NCBI GenBank assembly: GCA_039698055.1
Contig: JBDKTL010000043.1
Location: 31,606 to 95,605 of the forward strand
DNA length: 64,000 nt
Source of the DNA: Methanoregula sp.
GTDB taxonomy: Archaea; Halobacteriota; Methanomicrobia; Methanomicrobiales; Methanospirillaceae
Direction: 5' to 3'
Positions 38,960-47,588 of this stretch are shown one piece after another (within the stretch, counting starts at the first letter, position 1; each line of letters starts with the position of its first letter). Made by a program: the position numbers and the translations under genes. Below the pieces are notes generated by a model. The model did not search any database. It saw nothing but the letters and a program-made list of their open reading frames with translations, and was not told where the DNA came from.

Positions 38960-41560
38960 ATGATACATTTCACCCGACCCTCGAACAAGACCATTGGCAT
39001 CGCAATTCTCATCACTGTATTTGCTCTTTTCGCCCTCTGGCTCCGCCTGCTTCCCATGGCAGCAATGGGAAACACGGATATCATCAGCCGTGTTGCGATG
39101 GACGACCCGTTCTACAACCTGCGGCAGGTGGAACAGATCCTCGCAAACTTCCCCAACTACGCCTGGTTCGATCCCATGACCAACTACCCAACCGGGACGG
39201 TCCCGTACTGGGGTCCCCTCTTTCCATCCATTATTGCCGTCTGCTGCCTCATTACCGGCGCAGTTTCCCGCCCGGAGATTGTCGCCACTGCACTGCTCGT
39301 CCCGCCCTTCATCGCGGCAGCTACTGTTGCGGTCATGTACTTTGTCGGAAAGACGTACGGCGACTGGAAGACCGGGCTCCTCGCGGCGGGATTTGCCGCA
39401 GTTGTCACCGGGCAGTTCTTTTCTGTCTCCGGGTACGGGTACATCGATCACCATATCGCCGAGGTTCTCTTTTCGACTATCTTCTGTCTTGCGTACAGCG
39501 GTGCGATAATCGCTGGTAAAGATCTCGCGATCGATTTGAAAAATTTCAGCAGTTATCGCCTCCTCCTCGCCTTCTCATTCCTTGCCGGCATCGCCTACCT
39601 GCTCGGCCTGTTCGTGATGCCGACCATGATCCTCTTCGCCCTCATCGCAGGTGTTTTTACTCTTGTCCAGTCGTTTATCGATGTTTACCGTAACCGGCCG
39701 GGCGAGTATCTCCTGATCATCAACACCGGCGTCTTTGTCACCGCCATCGTTGGCCTCCTCTTGTTCGGCCTGAAGAACCCGGGGCTCGATCTCTCTGCTT
39801 ATACCATCGGCCACATCATCGCATACCTCGGGCTCATCGGCGGGACTGCGGTACTGTACATTCTTGCACGGTATTGCCGGGGCAGGGGCAAGCTCTTCTA
39901 TCCCGGCTCCGTTATCGGGATCGCACTCTTCTTTGCCATTATTCTCTGGGTTGCAAGCCCGGAGCTGTACAACCTGCTCATCAACAGCCTGTTTGCCTTC
40001 TTCGGCCAGCAGCCGGTGACCGACACCGTTATCGAGGCACGCGGCTGGTCCCCCGACCGTGCATGGATGGCATTCAACTACGGGCTCATCCTCTTTGTCG
40101 GCGGTGCGCTCGTCATGCTGTACAACAACCTAAGGGACGAGCACCCCCACGAAGTCTTTGCGCTGGTCTGGTCGCTTGTCATGTTTATCGCGACATGGCA
40201 ACATGTCCGGTACGAATACTACCTTGCAATCAACATCGCACTGCTCTCTGCGGTCTGCACGGTTTTCGTCGTTGAAAAGGCGTGGCCGGAACTCAGTGCG
40301 CGACTCTCCGGGATCGCGCAGCCTGCGGCCGGGTCATCGCCCGGTGAAGCCGTCCCGGGCGGATCATCCAGAAAAAAGCAGAAGAAAACCATAAAAAAGG
40401 CCCCGGCATACAAAGCCGGGCATTATTTCCTGATCATTCTCTTCATCATCGTAGCCGGCTGCGCGGTTCTCTTCGTATACACTTCAGCTTCAACGAGCTA
40501 TGTGTCTGCATCGGGCAGAGGTGTGAATGTGTACCCGGACTGGCAGGAGTCGCTTGGATGGCTGGGAAACAACACCCCCGATACCGGGGTCGGTTATCTC
40601 ACGATCTACGATAAGAATACCTTTGTCTACCCCCCGCAGTCCTACGGGGTCATGTCGTGGTGGGACTACGGTCACATGATAACCTTCATCTCCCACCGGA
40701 TCCCGAATGCAAACCCGTTCCAGCAGGGAGTTGCCGGCCAAAACGGATCGGCTGCGTATTTCGTTGCAACCTCAGAAGAGACCGCGAACACAATCCTTGA
40801 CAATGACGGGACGCGGTACGTAATTACCGATATTCTCATGGATGATGTGCTGACAGGAAAATTCCCCGCAATGGCGACGTGGTTCAACAGCACTGCGGGT
40901 ATCGCCCCGTTCCAGCAGGTCTTCCTTGTCCCCAATACAGACAACCGCTCCCGGCTTGACCCGGCGGTACTCATCCGGCAGGACTACTACCTCACCACGG
41001 TATCCCGGCTCCACAACTTTGACGGTTCGTTGACCAATGCAACAACGGCACTCTATGTTGAATACGCAGATACAAATGTCACGCAGGCATCGCGGCCGGT
41101 GATCACCCGGGCAGAACAGATGTCCGCTGCCGATGCCGTCCGGCTCGCCCGGGACTATAACCTCAAGGCTCCGGCAGGATACCATGCGCTTGCGACAAGC
41201 CAGTCTCTGGTTTTACCGGTCGATACTGTCCCGGCGCTCCAGCATTACCGCCTTGTCCATGAATCCCCCACGAAGGTCTACGGGGACACTGTGGCCGATC
41301 TGAAATTCGTGAAAGTGTTCGAGTACGTCAAAGGGGCCCGTATCCATGGCACCGGCATCATTGAGCTGCCGGTGGTGACAAATACCGGCCGGAACTTCAC
41401 GTATCGCCAGGAAAGCGTCAACGGTGAATTTATTGTTCCCTACGCTACAACCGGCAATTCAAATGGCGTGACGGCCACCGGGAAATACCGGATTGCAGGC
41501 ACAGATCTGACATTCGATGTGCCGGAACAAGCGGTCGTCCAGGGTCGGGAAGTCAGCTGA
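38960..41560 (+). CDS. aglB: Oligosaccharyltransferase AglB (STT3 family)
   Basis: DDPFYNLR, DHHIAE, TVIEA, SWWDYGH, NANPFQQG. Confidence 0.95.
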   Translation: MIHFTRPSNKTIGIAILITVFALFALWLRLLPMAAMGNTDIISRVAMDDPFYNLRQVEQILANFPNYAWFDPMTNYPTGTVPYWGPLFPSIIAVCCLITGAVSRPEIVATALLVPPFIAAATVAVMYFVGKTYGDWKTGLLAAGFAAVVTGQFFSVSGYGYIDHHIAEVLFSTIFCLAYSGAIIAGKDLAIDLKNFSSYRLLLAFSFLAGIAYLLGLFVMPTMILFALIAGVFTLVQSFIDVYRNRPGEYLLIINTGVFVTAIVGLLLFGLKNPGLDLSAYTIGHIIAYLGLIGGTAVLYILARYCRGRGKLFYPGSVIGIALFFAIILWVASPELYNLLINSLFAFFGQQPVTDTVIEARGWSPDRAWMAFNYGLILFVGGALVMLYNNLRDEHPHEVFALVWSLVMFIATWQHVRYEYYLAINIALLSAVCTVFVVEKAWPELSARLSGIAQPAAGSSPGEAVPGGSSRKKQKKTIKKAPAYKAGHYFLIILFIIVAGCAVLFVYTSASTSYVSASGRGVNVYPDWQESLGWLGNNTPDTGVGYLTIYDKNTFVYPPQSYGVMSWWDYGHMITFISHRIPNANPFQQGVAGQNGSAAYFVATSEETANTILDNDGTRYVITDILMDDVLTGKFPAMATWFNSTAGIAPFQQVFLVPNTDNRSRLDPAVLIRQDYYLTTVSRLHNFDGSLTNATTALYVEYADTNVTQASRPVITRAEQMSAADAVRLARDYNLKAPAGYHALATSQSLVLPVDTVPALQHYRLVHESPTKVYGDTVADLKFVKVFEYVKGARIHGTGIIELPVVTNTGRNFTYRQESVNGEFIVPYATTGNSNGVTATGKYRIAGTDLTFDVPEQAVVQGREVS

Positions 41561-41645
41561 CCAGACAGGTGCGGATGATCGGTATTAAGCAACAACCGGA
41601 TTTGCCGCTACCAGTTCCTGATTTTTAAAAATGGAGAGACCGGTA

Positions 41646-42245
41646 TCAGAACACGATCTCCTCTTTGGGGAACCGGATCTTCGGTCCCGGTTTATCGGCC
41701 GCGTACCCGACCGGGCAGAGCATCACCGGCACGAGATGTGACGGGATCTTCAGGATCCGGGAGTACTCCTTTGGGTCAAACCCTCCCATCGGGCAGGAAT
41801 CAAAGCCCAGCGCCTTTGCGCCGTTGAGCGCGTTTCCGAGCGCGAGATACGTCTGTGCCTGGGACCATGCAGCCAGCTGTTCCGGTGTCATCATGCCAAC
41901 AAATTCTTGTGCCATGCCGATCACAAACGTGACAATTTCCCCCGGAATCCCGTTCTTTTTCATCAGCGCTTCCAGCCGGAGGATCAGATCGTCATAATCA
42001 GTGTCGGCACAGAATACCAGCAGGTGAGAACAGGTCGTGACCTGCGTCTGGTCACGGGACGCCGGGCTGAGCTGGTCCTTTAGGTTCTGGTCCGTGATCA
42101 CCTTGATCTTCCATGGCTGGAGGTTGAGGGCCGAAGGCGCATACCGGACGAGGTCGATAAGCTGGTTGATCCTGTTTTCGGGAATTGCCCTCCCGTCAAA
42201 CTTTTTTGTTGCATATCGCTGCATCACACAATCTGAAAATTCCAT
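41646..42245 (-). CDS. Nitroreductase family protein
   Basis: RYATKKFD, APSALNLQPW, GFDSCPMGGFD. Confidence 0.92.
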   Translation of the reverse strand: MEFSDCVMQRYATKKFDGRAIPENRINQLIDLVRYAPSALNLQPWKIKVITDQNLKDQLSPASRDQTQVTTCSHLLVFCADTDYDDLILRLEALMKKNGIPGEIVTFVIGMAQEFVGMMTPEQLAAWSQAQTYLALGNALNGAKALGFDSCPMGGFDPKEYSRILKIPSHLVPVMLCPVGYAADKPGPKIRFPKEEIVF

Positions 42246-42378
42246 TAGTGCACCACCATGGTATCAACGGGTAATCTGGCGGGTCGGATATTTATAGGTT
42301 GATCCTGTTTTTTTCTGCCATCCAAAAAACAGCGGCATGCAATTGCCTTATGCCCGTTGGCGTCGGAATAGTACTGGC

Positions 42379-42762
42379 ATGGGATCGTTTCTGCGGGGCG
42401 ATGTCGTGATTGCCCCGGTGCCGTTTGAAGAGCGGGGCGGTGCCAAGACCCGCCCGGCAGTGGTCGTTGCAACCAGTGCCGATGACCGGGTGTACGTCTG
42501 CCCGGTGAGCAGCAAGCCATCGTTTGACGGGGCCTCTCTCCCCATATCCCTCGATGACTTTGCGGTTGGCGGCCTCGATCTCTTTGGCGAAAGTTTTGTT
42601 CTCACATCAAAAGTCCACGTGCTCCGGAGCGGGGATGTGCTCGGCAAGCGGGGGCGGCTGACAGAAGAGACGATTGCCTCCATCAGGGAACTCGTTCCAC
42701 GGATTGGCGATCCTGAAGATAAACGCCGGGACAGGAACCACCGGCCAGCATCCCGGAGATGA
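42379..42762 (+). CDS. PemK/MazF-like protein
   Basis: RGDVVIAPVPF..KTRPAVVV..VCPVSSK..GRL. Start re-set to ATG 42379. Confidence 0.75.
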   Translation: MGSFLRGDVVIAPVPFEERGGAKTRPAVVVATSADDRVYVCPVSSKPSFDGASLPISLDDFAVGGLDLFGESFVLTSKVHVLRSGDVLGKRGRLTEETIASIRELVPRIGDPEDKRRDRNHRPASRR

Positions 42763-42880
42763 CCGGTGCCGGTAATGCGACCGGTCGCTGCGGGCAGCCG
42801 GTATGCACACGGGCGATGACGACAGTTCACTTTTTTCATGGATATATCGTATGCCATCAGTGGGGTTATGCCGCAGAGTA

Positions 42881-43369
42881 TCAGATCGCTTTTTCCATCC
42901 AGACCACATCAAACGGTTCGCCGAACTTGGCTCCGGCCTCGTGGAGCCTGCCTGCTTCGGTAAACCCGTGGCGCAGGTGAAATTTGAGGCTCGGCTCGTT
43001 TTTTGACGCAAGATTGGCAACGAGCAGGTTGATTCCCAGATCCTGTGCATCGTTAGTCAGCGCATCAAGGAGTTTAGCTCCAAGGCCCCTCCGCGTGTAT
43101 TCGGGGGCGATGAAGTAGGTGAGCATGCCGGTCTTTGAAAATGCGGGAAACGGCATGAACGGTTTTAACAGGCCAAACCCGACAACCCCCTCTTTTCCCA
43201 CGAGCGCGTAGAACGCAAGGGTTCCCTGCCGGAGGAAATCAAAGAGCTGCGCAGGAACCGGGCTGTCGGGATATGCGGCAAAGCCGGTGGCGGCGTACTG
43301 GTTGAAGATGCAGATAATCGCCTCGCGATCGGTGTCCCGGACTTCGCGAATGATGATATCACGGGTCAT
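42881..43369 (-). CDS. GNAT N-acetyltransferase (phosphinothricin acetyltransferase-like)
   Basis: RRGLGAKLL, NEPSLKFHLRHGF, KFGEPFDVVWM. Confidence 0.88.
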   Translation of the reverse strand: MTRDIIIREVRDTDREAIICIFNQYAATGFAAYPDSPVPAQLFDFLRQGTLAFYALVGKEGVVGFGLLKPFMPFPAFSKTGMLTYFIAPEYTRRGLGAKLLDALTNDAQDLGINLLVANLASKNEPSLKFHLRHGFTEAGRLHEAGAKFGEPFDVVWMEKAI

Positions 43370-43673
43370 AGAGAGATTCCCGTACTCATGGTGGGCAGGC
43401 AACTACGATAATTCTTACCGGGAAAGATGCCTGCGGCAGGGGGATATGGTGCGTGACCCGGACTTTTTTATTTTCCGGATCGCGAGGGCTATCACTTCAA
43501 CAACCCGTCAATGAGTGCCTCGTCCGTGATCTCCCTGCCCTCGTTCCCTGTGGGCTGGCAAAAAAAGAACCGGTATCATGATTGGCGGATTAATAAAAAA
43601 AGTCTGCTCTCATCCTGCCATTGGATACCCCTGGAACAGCAGGCTTATTATTCCCCGTGGCAAGGTTGATGAG

Positions 43674-45206
43674 ATGGACATTGCACGCAGTATCGGACAG
43701 ATCGAAGAGCAGGTAGGCAGGCTCTCACCAGTCCAGAAGATCCTTCTCTCCACGGACGGCTCCGTCACCCAGCTTCTCGAAGCGGTGACCGGTAATCCCG
43801 TTGAGATCAGGACCCGGCTCCAGGAGATTGTACCGGCCGATCCCCTCATGGCCGGGCACCTTGCAATCCGGCCCGGCGAGCCGGTCAACAACCGGATCGT
43901 GGAGTTGATCGATACAAAGACCGGTGAAGTCCTTATCTATGCCCTCTCGCAGACGCCGGTCGCCCGGCTCTCACCGGAGTTTAAGGATGACCTGATGAAA
44001 GCCGATATACCTATCGGCAGGATCATCCGGCAGCACAAGATCGAGGCCCGGCGGGAGATTCTGGAAGCGCGTGTAACGCCGGCGTCCGAACAGGTGAGTG
44101 GAATCTTTTCGATTCACAAAAATGAGCCGCTGCTCAGCCGCCAGTACCAGATCATCCATGGCGGCGAACCGCTGATCTTTATCGAGGAGCAGTTCCCGTA
44201 CAACCGGTTCCCTGACGGACACCGGGTGATTGTCCGGACCCCGTCCCGTCTTCACGTGACCCTGCTTGACATGCATGGCGGGTCCGGCCGGGTGGATGGC
44301 GGGATCGGCATCGCTCTTGAAGATCCGGCAATACTTCTTGAAGTAGAGCACAGCCCCGCGCTCGAGATCCACGGTACTAACGACCGGGCAGCCGGGTTCA
44401 TCCGGCAGGTGGCTGAAAGTGTCCTCTCCCGGCTCGGGATGGGCGGCAGCGTCAGCATCACCGTGCGGGACCAGTTTCCTGCCCATACCGGTCTCGGAAG
44501 CGGATCGCAGATCGCGCTTGCAACCGCACGGGCGATCACCGAACTCTATGGAAAACCCTTGCCGGCCACCACGCTTGCCCGGATGACCGGTCGCGGCGGA
44601 ACATCCGGCATCGGCACTGCTGCATTCGATCACGGGGGGTTCATCATTGACGGAGGCCACACGTTTGGATCGGGCCAGGACAAAACAGATTTCCGCCCAT
44701 CCTCTGCTTCACGCGGTATCCGGCCTCCCGCGGTCACGGTCCGGCACGAGTTCCCCCCGGAATGGGGCATCCTGCTTGTAGTCCCCGATCTTCCCACCGG
44801 GGCAAACGGGAGCGCAGAGCTCGACATCTTCAGGCAGTTCTGCCCGGTCCCGCTTTCAGAGGTGCAGGAACTCTGCCACGAAGTCCTCATGCGGATGCTG
44901 CCCGGTATCGCTGAACAGGACCTCGATCTCTTTGGCTCATCGATCAATGCCGTGCAGGGCCTTGGGTTTAAAAAAGTCGAGATCGGGCTCCAGCCACAGG
45001 AAATCCCCGGGCTCCTCGACGTGCTCCGGCAGGCGGGTGCCGCAGGGGCCGGCATGAGTTCGTTTGGTCCTACCCTTTACGCAGTTTCCGATACCGGCAT
45101 GCCCGCTCTTGAACGGGCAGCACAGTCGTTCATGAACGAGACCTGCGGAGGAACGACCCTTATTACCTCGGCCCGCAACACAGGTGCGTCGGTCAGGGTC
45201 GTCTAA
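43674..45206 (+). CDS. Chorismate-lyase-like (DUF98) domain fused to beta-RFAP synthase
   Basis: N-terminal LLSTDGSVTQLLE/ADIPIGRII; C-terminal PSRLH..GRVDGGIG, HTGLGSGSQ, RGGTSGIG, GMSSFGP (GHMP-fold RFAP synthase). Confidence 0.88.
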   Translation: MDIARSIGQIEEQVGRLSPVQKILLSTDGSVTQLLEAVTGNPVEIRTRLQEIVPADPLMAGHLAIRPGEPVNNRIVELIDTKTGEVLIYALSQTPVARLSPEFKDDLMKADIPIGRIIRQHKIEARREILEARVTPASEQVSGIFSIHKNEPLLSRQYQIIHGGEPLIFIEEQFPYNRFPDGHRVIVRTPSRLHVTLLDMHGGSGRVDGGIGIALEDPAILLEVEHSPALEIHGTNDRAAGFIRQVAESVLSRLGMGGSVSITVRDQFPAHTGLGSGSQIALATARAITELYGKPLPATTLARMTGRGGTSGIGTAAFDHGGFIIDGGHTFGSGQDKTDFRPSSASRGIRPPAVTVRHEFPPEWGILLVVPDLPTGANGSAELDIFRQFCPVPLSEVQELCHEVLMRMLPGIAEQDLDLFGSSINAVQGLGFKKVEIGLQPQEIPGLLDVLRQAGAAGAGMSSFGPTLYAVSDTGMPALERAAQSFMNETCGGTTLITSARNTGASVRVV

Positions 45207-45215
45207 AAAAGGGAT

Positions 45216-46106
45216 TTATTTCCCGATCGCAAGAAGCATCTCTTCAAGCGACGGGTACCGGGACTCGATCCGCTCCACCCGGCCGCCCGCTTCCGTGATC
45301 GCCGTCGAACACTCGTTGAGCTCGCTGATGTCCTGCACTTCACAGACCCAGAACCCCTCTTCCTGACGGTAGGGTTTGGCATGGCCAAGCAGCGTGCCCG
45401 GGTCATCGATGGAGAAAAATATCGTATAGGTGATCGACCCGAACTGGTCGCGGAGCTCGTGCATAGTTCCGAATGCGGCCATCTTCCCGCGCCGGAGGAT
45501 CATCACCTTGTCGCAGATCGCCTCCACCTGGTAGAGGTTGTGTGCCGAAAGCACGATCGTCTTGCCCTCTTTTTTAAGCGTGCGAAGATAGTCGGAGATG
45601 AACCGGGAGGTCATCGGGTCAAGCCCGCTTGTCGGTTCATCATACACCAGAAACGACGGGTCGTGGATGAGCGAACGGGCGATCGCCACCTTGCGCTTCA
45701 TCCCTTTTGAGAACTCCCCGATTTTTTTGCCATCCGGTTCAAGCGTCAGCGCCGCAAAGAGCTGGCGGGACCGCACCGCGATCTCCTGCGGGGAAAGCCC
45801 ATAGATCTCGCCAAAGAATGCAAGGTAGTTCTCTGCGGTCATCGTCTCGTAGAGCCGGGATTCTTCAGGAAGATAACCAAGCATTTCCTTGAGCGCGATC
45901 GGGTTTTTCACGACATCGATATCATTGATGCAGAGTTCGCCTTTTGTCGGCGCCACAAGGCCGGTCACGATCTTCAGCAGCGTTGTCTTGCCGGCGCCGT
46001 TGTGCCCGATAATGCCGAAGATCTCACCGTCATCAAATGAGAAGCTGACGTCATCGAGCGCCAGAAAGCCTTCGTATTGTTTTGTCAGGTTCTTTGCCGT
46101 GATCAT
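45216..46106 (-). CDS. ABC transporter ATP-binding protein
   Basis: GHNGAGKTT Walker A, FSKGMKRK signature, YDEPTSGLD Walker B. Confidence 0.95.
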   Translation of the reverse strand: MITAKNLTKQYEGFLALDDVSFSFDDGEIFGIIGHNGAGKTTLLKIVTGLVAPTKGELCINDIDVVKNPIALKEMLGYLPEESRLYETMTAENYLAFFGEIYGLSPQEIAVRSRQLFAALTLEPDGKKIGEFSKGMKRKVAIARSLIHDPSFLVYDEPTSGLDPMTSRFISDYLRTLKKEGKTIVLSAHNLYQVEAICDKVMILRRGKMAAFGTMHELRDQFGSITYTIFFSIDDPGTLLGHAKPYRQEEGFWVCEVQDISELNECSTAITEAGGRVERIESRYPSLEEMLLAIGK

Positions 46107-46372
46107 AGAGTCTGCCTGAATCGATCAGACTTGTGCTGTATGAAAGATAATAGTTGGGATAAAGCCAACCTGGTGCCTGAACCGCCGTCAGGATCGCTGT
46201 CGCACAAAAAGAGAATTTCGTGCGCGAGAGCGGGTATGAACGCCCGCCAGTATCACCCATACGTTTTCTCGGCCCTGAAGAAATGCTATTTTTCGAAATG
46301 AAAATAAACAGTTCTACAGATGTGAAATTTAATCGATGGATTTAGAATATGATATAATAATATAATATTACG

Positions 46373-47389
46373 ATGCGAGTATTGGGACGTTTGTTCCTTG
46401 CCATCCTCTTTGTGGCGATAATAATGGTTCCGTTCGTGAGTGCTGACGCGACTGTAACTCACAACACAACTCCGTTCATTACAATTGATCCTATTGGGAA
46501 CCACGCCATTGGCGAAGTTTTCGTTATTAAAGGCACGACGAATCTGCCCCCGGTGATTGATTCTCTTCTTATCTTGATTGATCCAACAACTTTTAATCCG
46601 AGCGGATTTAGTTCCAGTTTCCAGGCAACAGTTCCCATCCAGCGGGGAGAAAAAGACATGAATTTCTGGTCGTGTACTGTCCCGACAACAACAAGATGGG
46701 TGAATTTCCAACCACGTGGAAGGGGTCCCAATCAGGATCCACGTCCAGATAATTATAGGGTAACAGTCGAATCATCGACGGACACCAATATAAGCCAGTT
46801 CCAGTTATTCGATATTTTACCGGCAGGATCGAATACCAATTCAACAATTTCACCAGCTCCAACCCTGTTTATCAAAATTGATCCTATCGGGAACCATACG
46901 GTCGGGAACGTGTTCTTCATTAACGGGACAACAAGTTTGCCAGATTCAAATGACTCTCTCACCCTTTTCATCGGATGGGCCGATTTTAACTCTGCAGGAG
47001 TGGGAGTACCTTTTTACAGGTCAAATATATCTATAAGGGCCGGCGAGAATGGGGTCAATGCCTGGTCTGCTGAAATCATACCCTCCCGATGGGAAATGAT
47101 CAATGAATCATCTTCAGAATCATCCAATCCAACACCCACGTTCGAAAAGGCAAGACCCGGCAAATATGTTGTCTATGTTGGTTCTTTAGTATCTCAGGAT
47201 CCTGCACCAGCATTTTTTTATGTTAATCAGGAAAGCAAAATTACTCCAGGTCAGACATTCGGTGCAACCGCAACGTTTTCCTCCACACCCTCTCCTGCTC
47301 CCACTCAATCTTCCCCTCTTTCCACGCTGTTGCCAATCGTTGTTTTTGTAAGTATGCTGGTCTTGAAATTTATTCTAAAAGAAAAGTGA
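46373..47389 (+). CDS. Secreted surface protein with two IDPIGNH..GTT repeats and C-terminal PLS anchor
   Basis: Signal peptide, IDPIGNHAIGEVFVIKGTT / IDPIGNHTVGNVFFINGTT, TQSSPLS + TM + basic tail. Confidence 0.78.
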   Translation: MRVLGRLFLAILFVAIIMVPFVSADATVTHNTTPFITIDPIGNHAIGEVFVIKGTTNLPPVIDSLLILIDPTTFNPSGFSSSFQATVPIQRGEKDMNFWSCTVPTTTRWVNFQPRGRGPNQDPRPDNYRVTVESSTDTNISQFQLFDILPAGSNTNSTISPAPTLFIKIDPIGNHTVGNVFFINGTTSLPDSNDSLTLFIGWADFNSAGVGVPFYRSNISIRAGENGVNAWSAEIIPSRWEMINESSSESSNPTPTFEKARPGKYVVYVGSLVSQDPAPAFFYVNQESKITPGQTFGATATFSSTPSPAPTQSSPLSTLLPIVVFVSMLVLKFILKEK

Positions 47390-47588
47390 TTGCGAGCTGT
47401 TTACAATTGTAATCGGAGATTTTCTACAGAGAGCAGATTTCTCGTTATTTTTTATGCACATTTGTCAGAAGGGTGAAGTATTTTATCCGGTGCCGATATT
47501 ATTCTGTACCAGTACTTCTCATCCTACCGATAGCCGGAGGGGCGGACGCACGGGGGTTTAATAGCAGTACAAAATCTGGTGTCCATAT

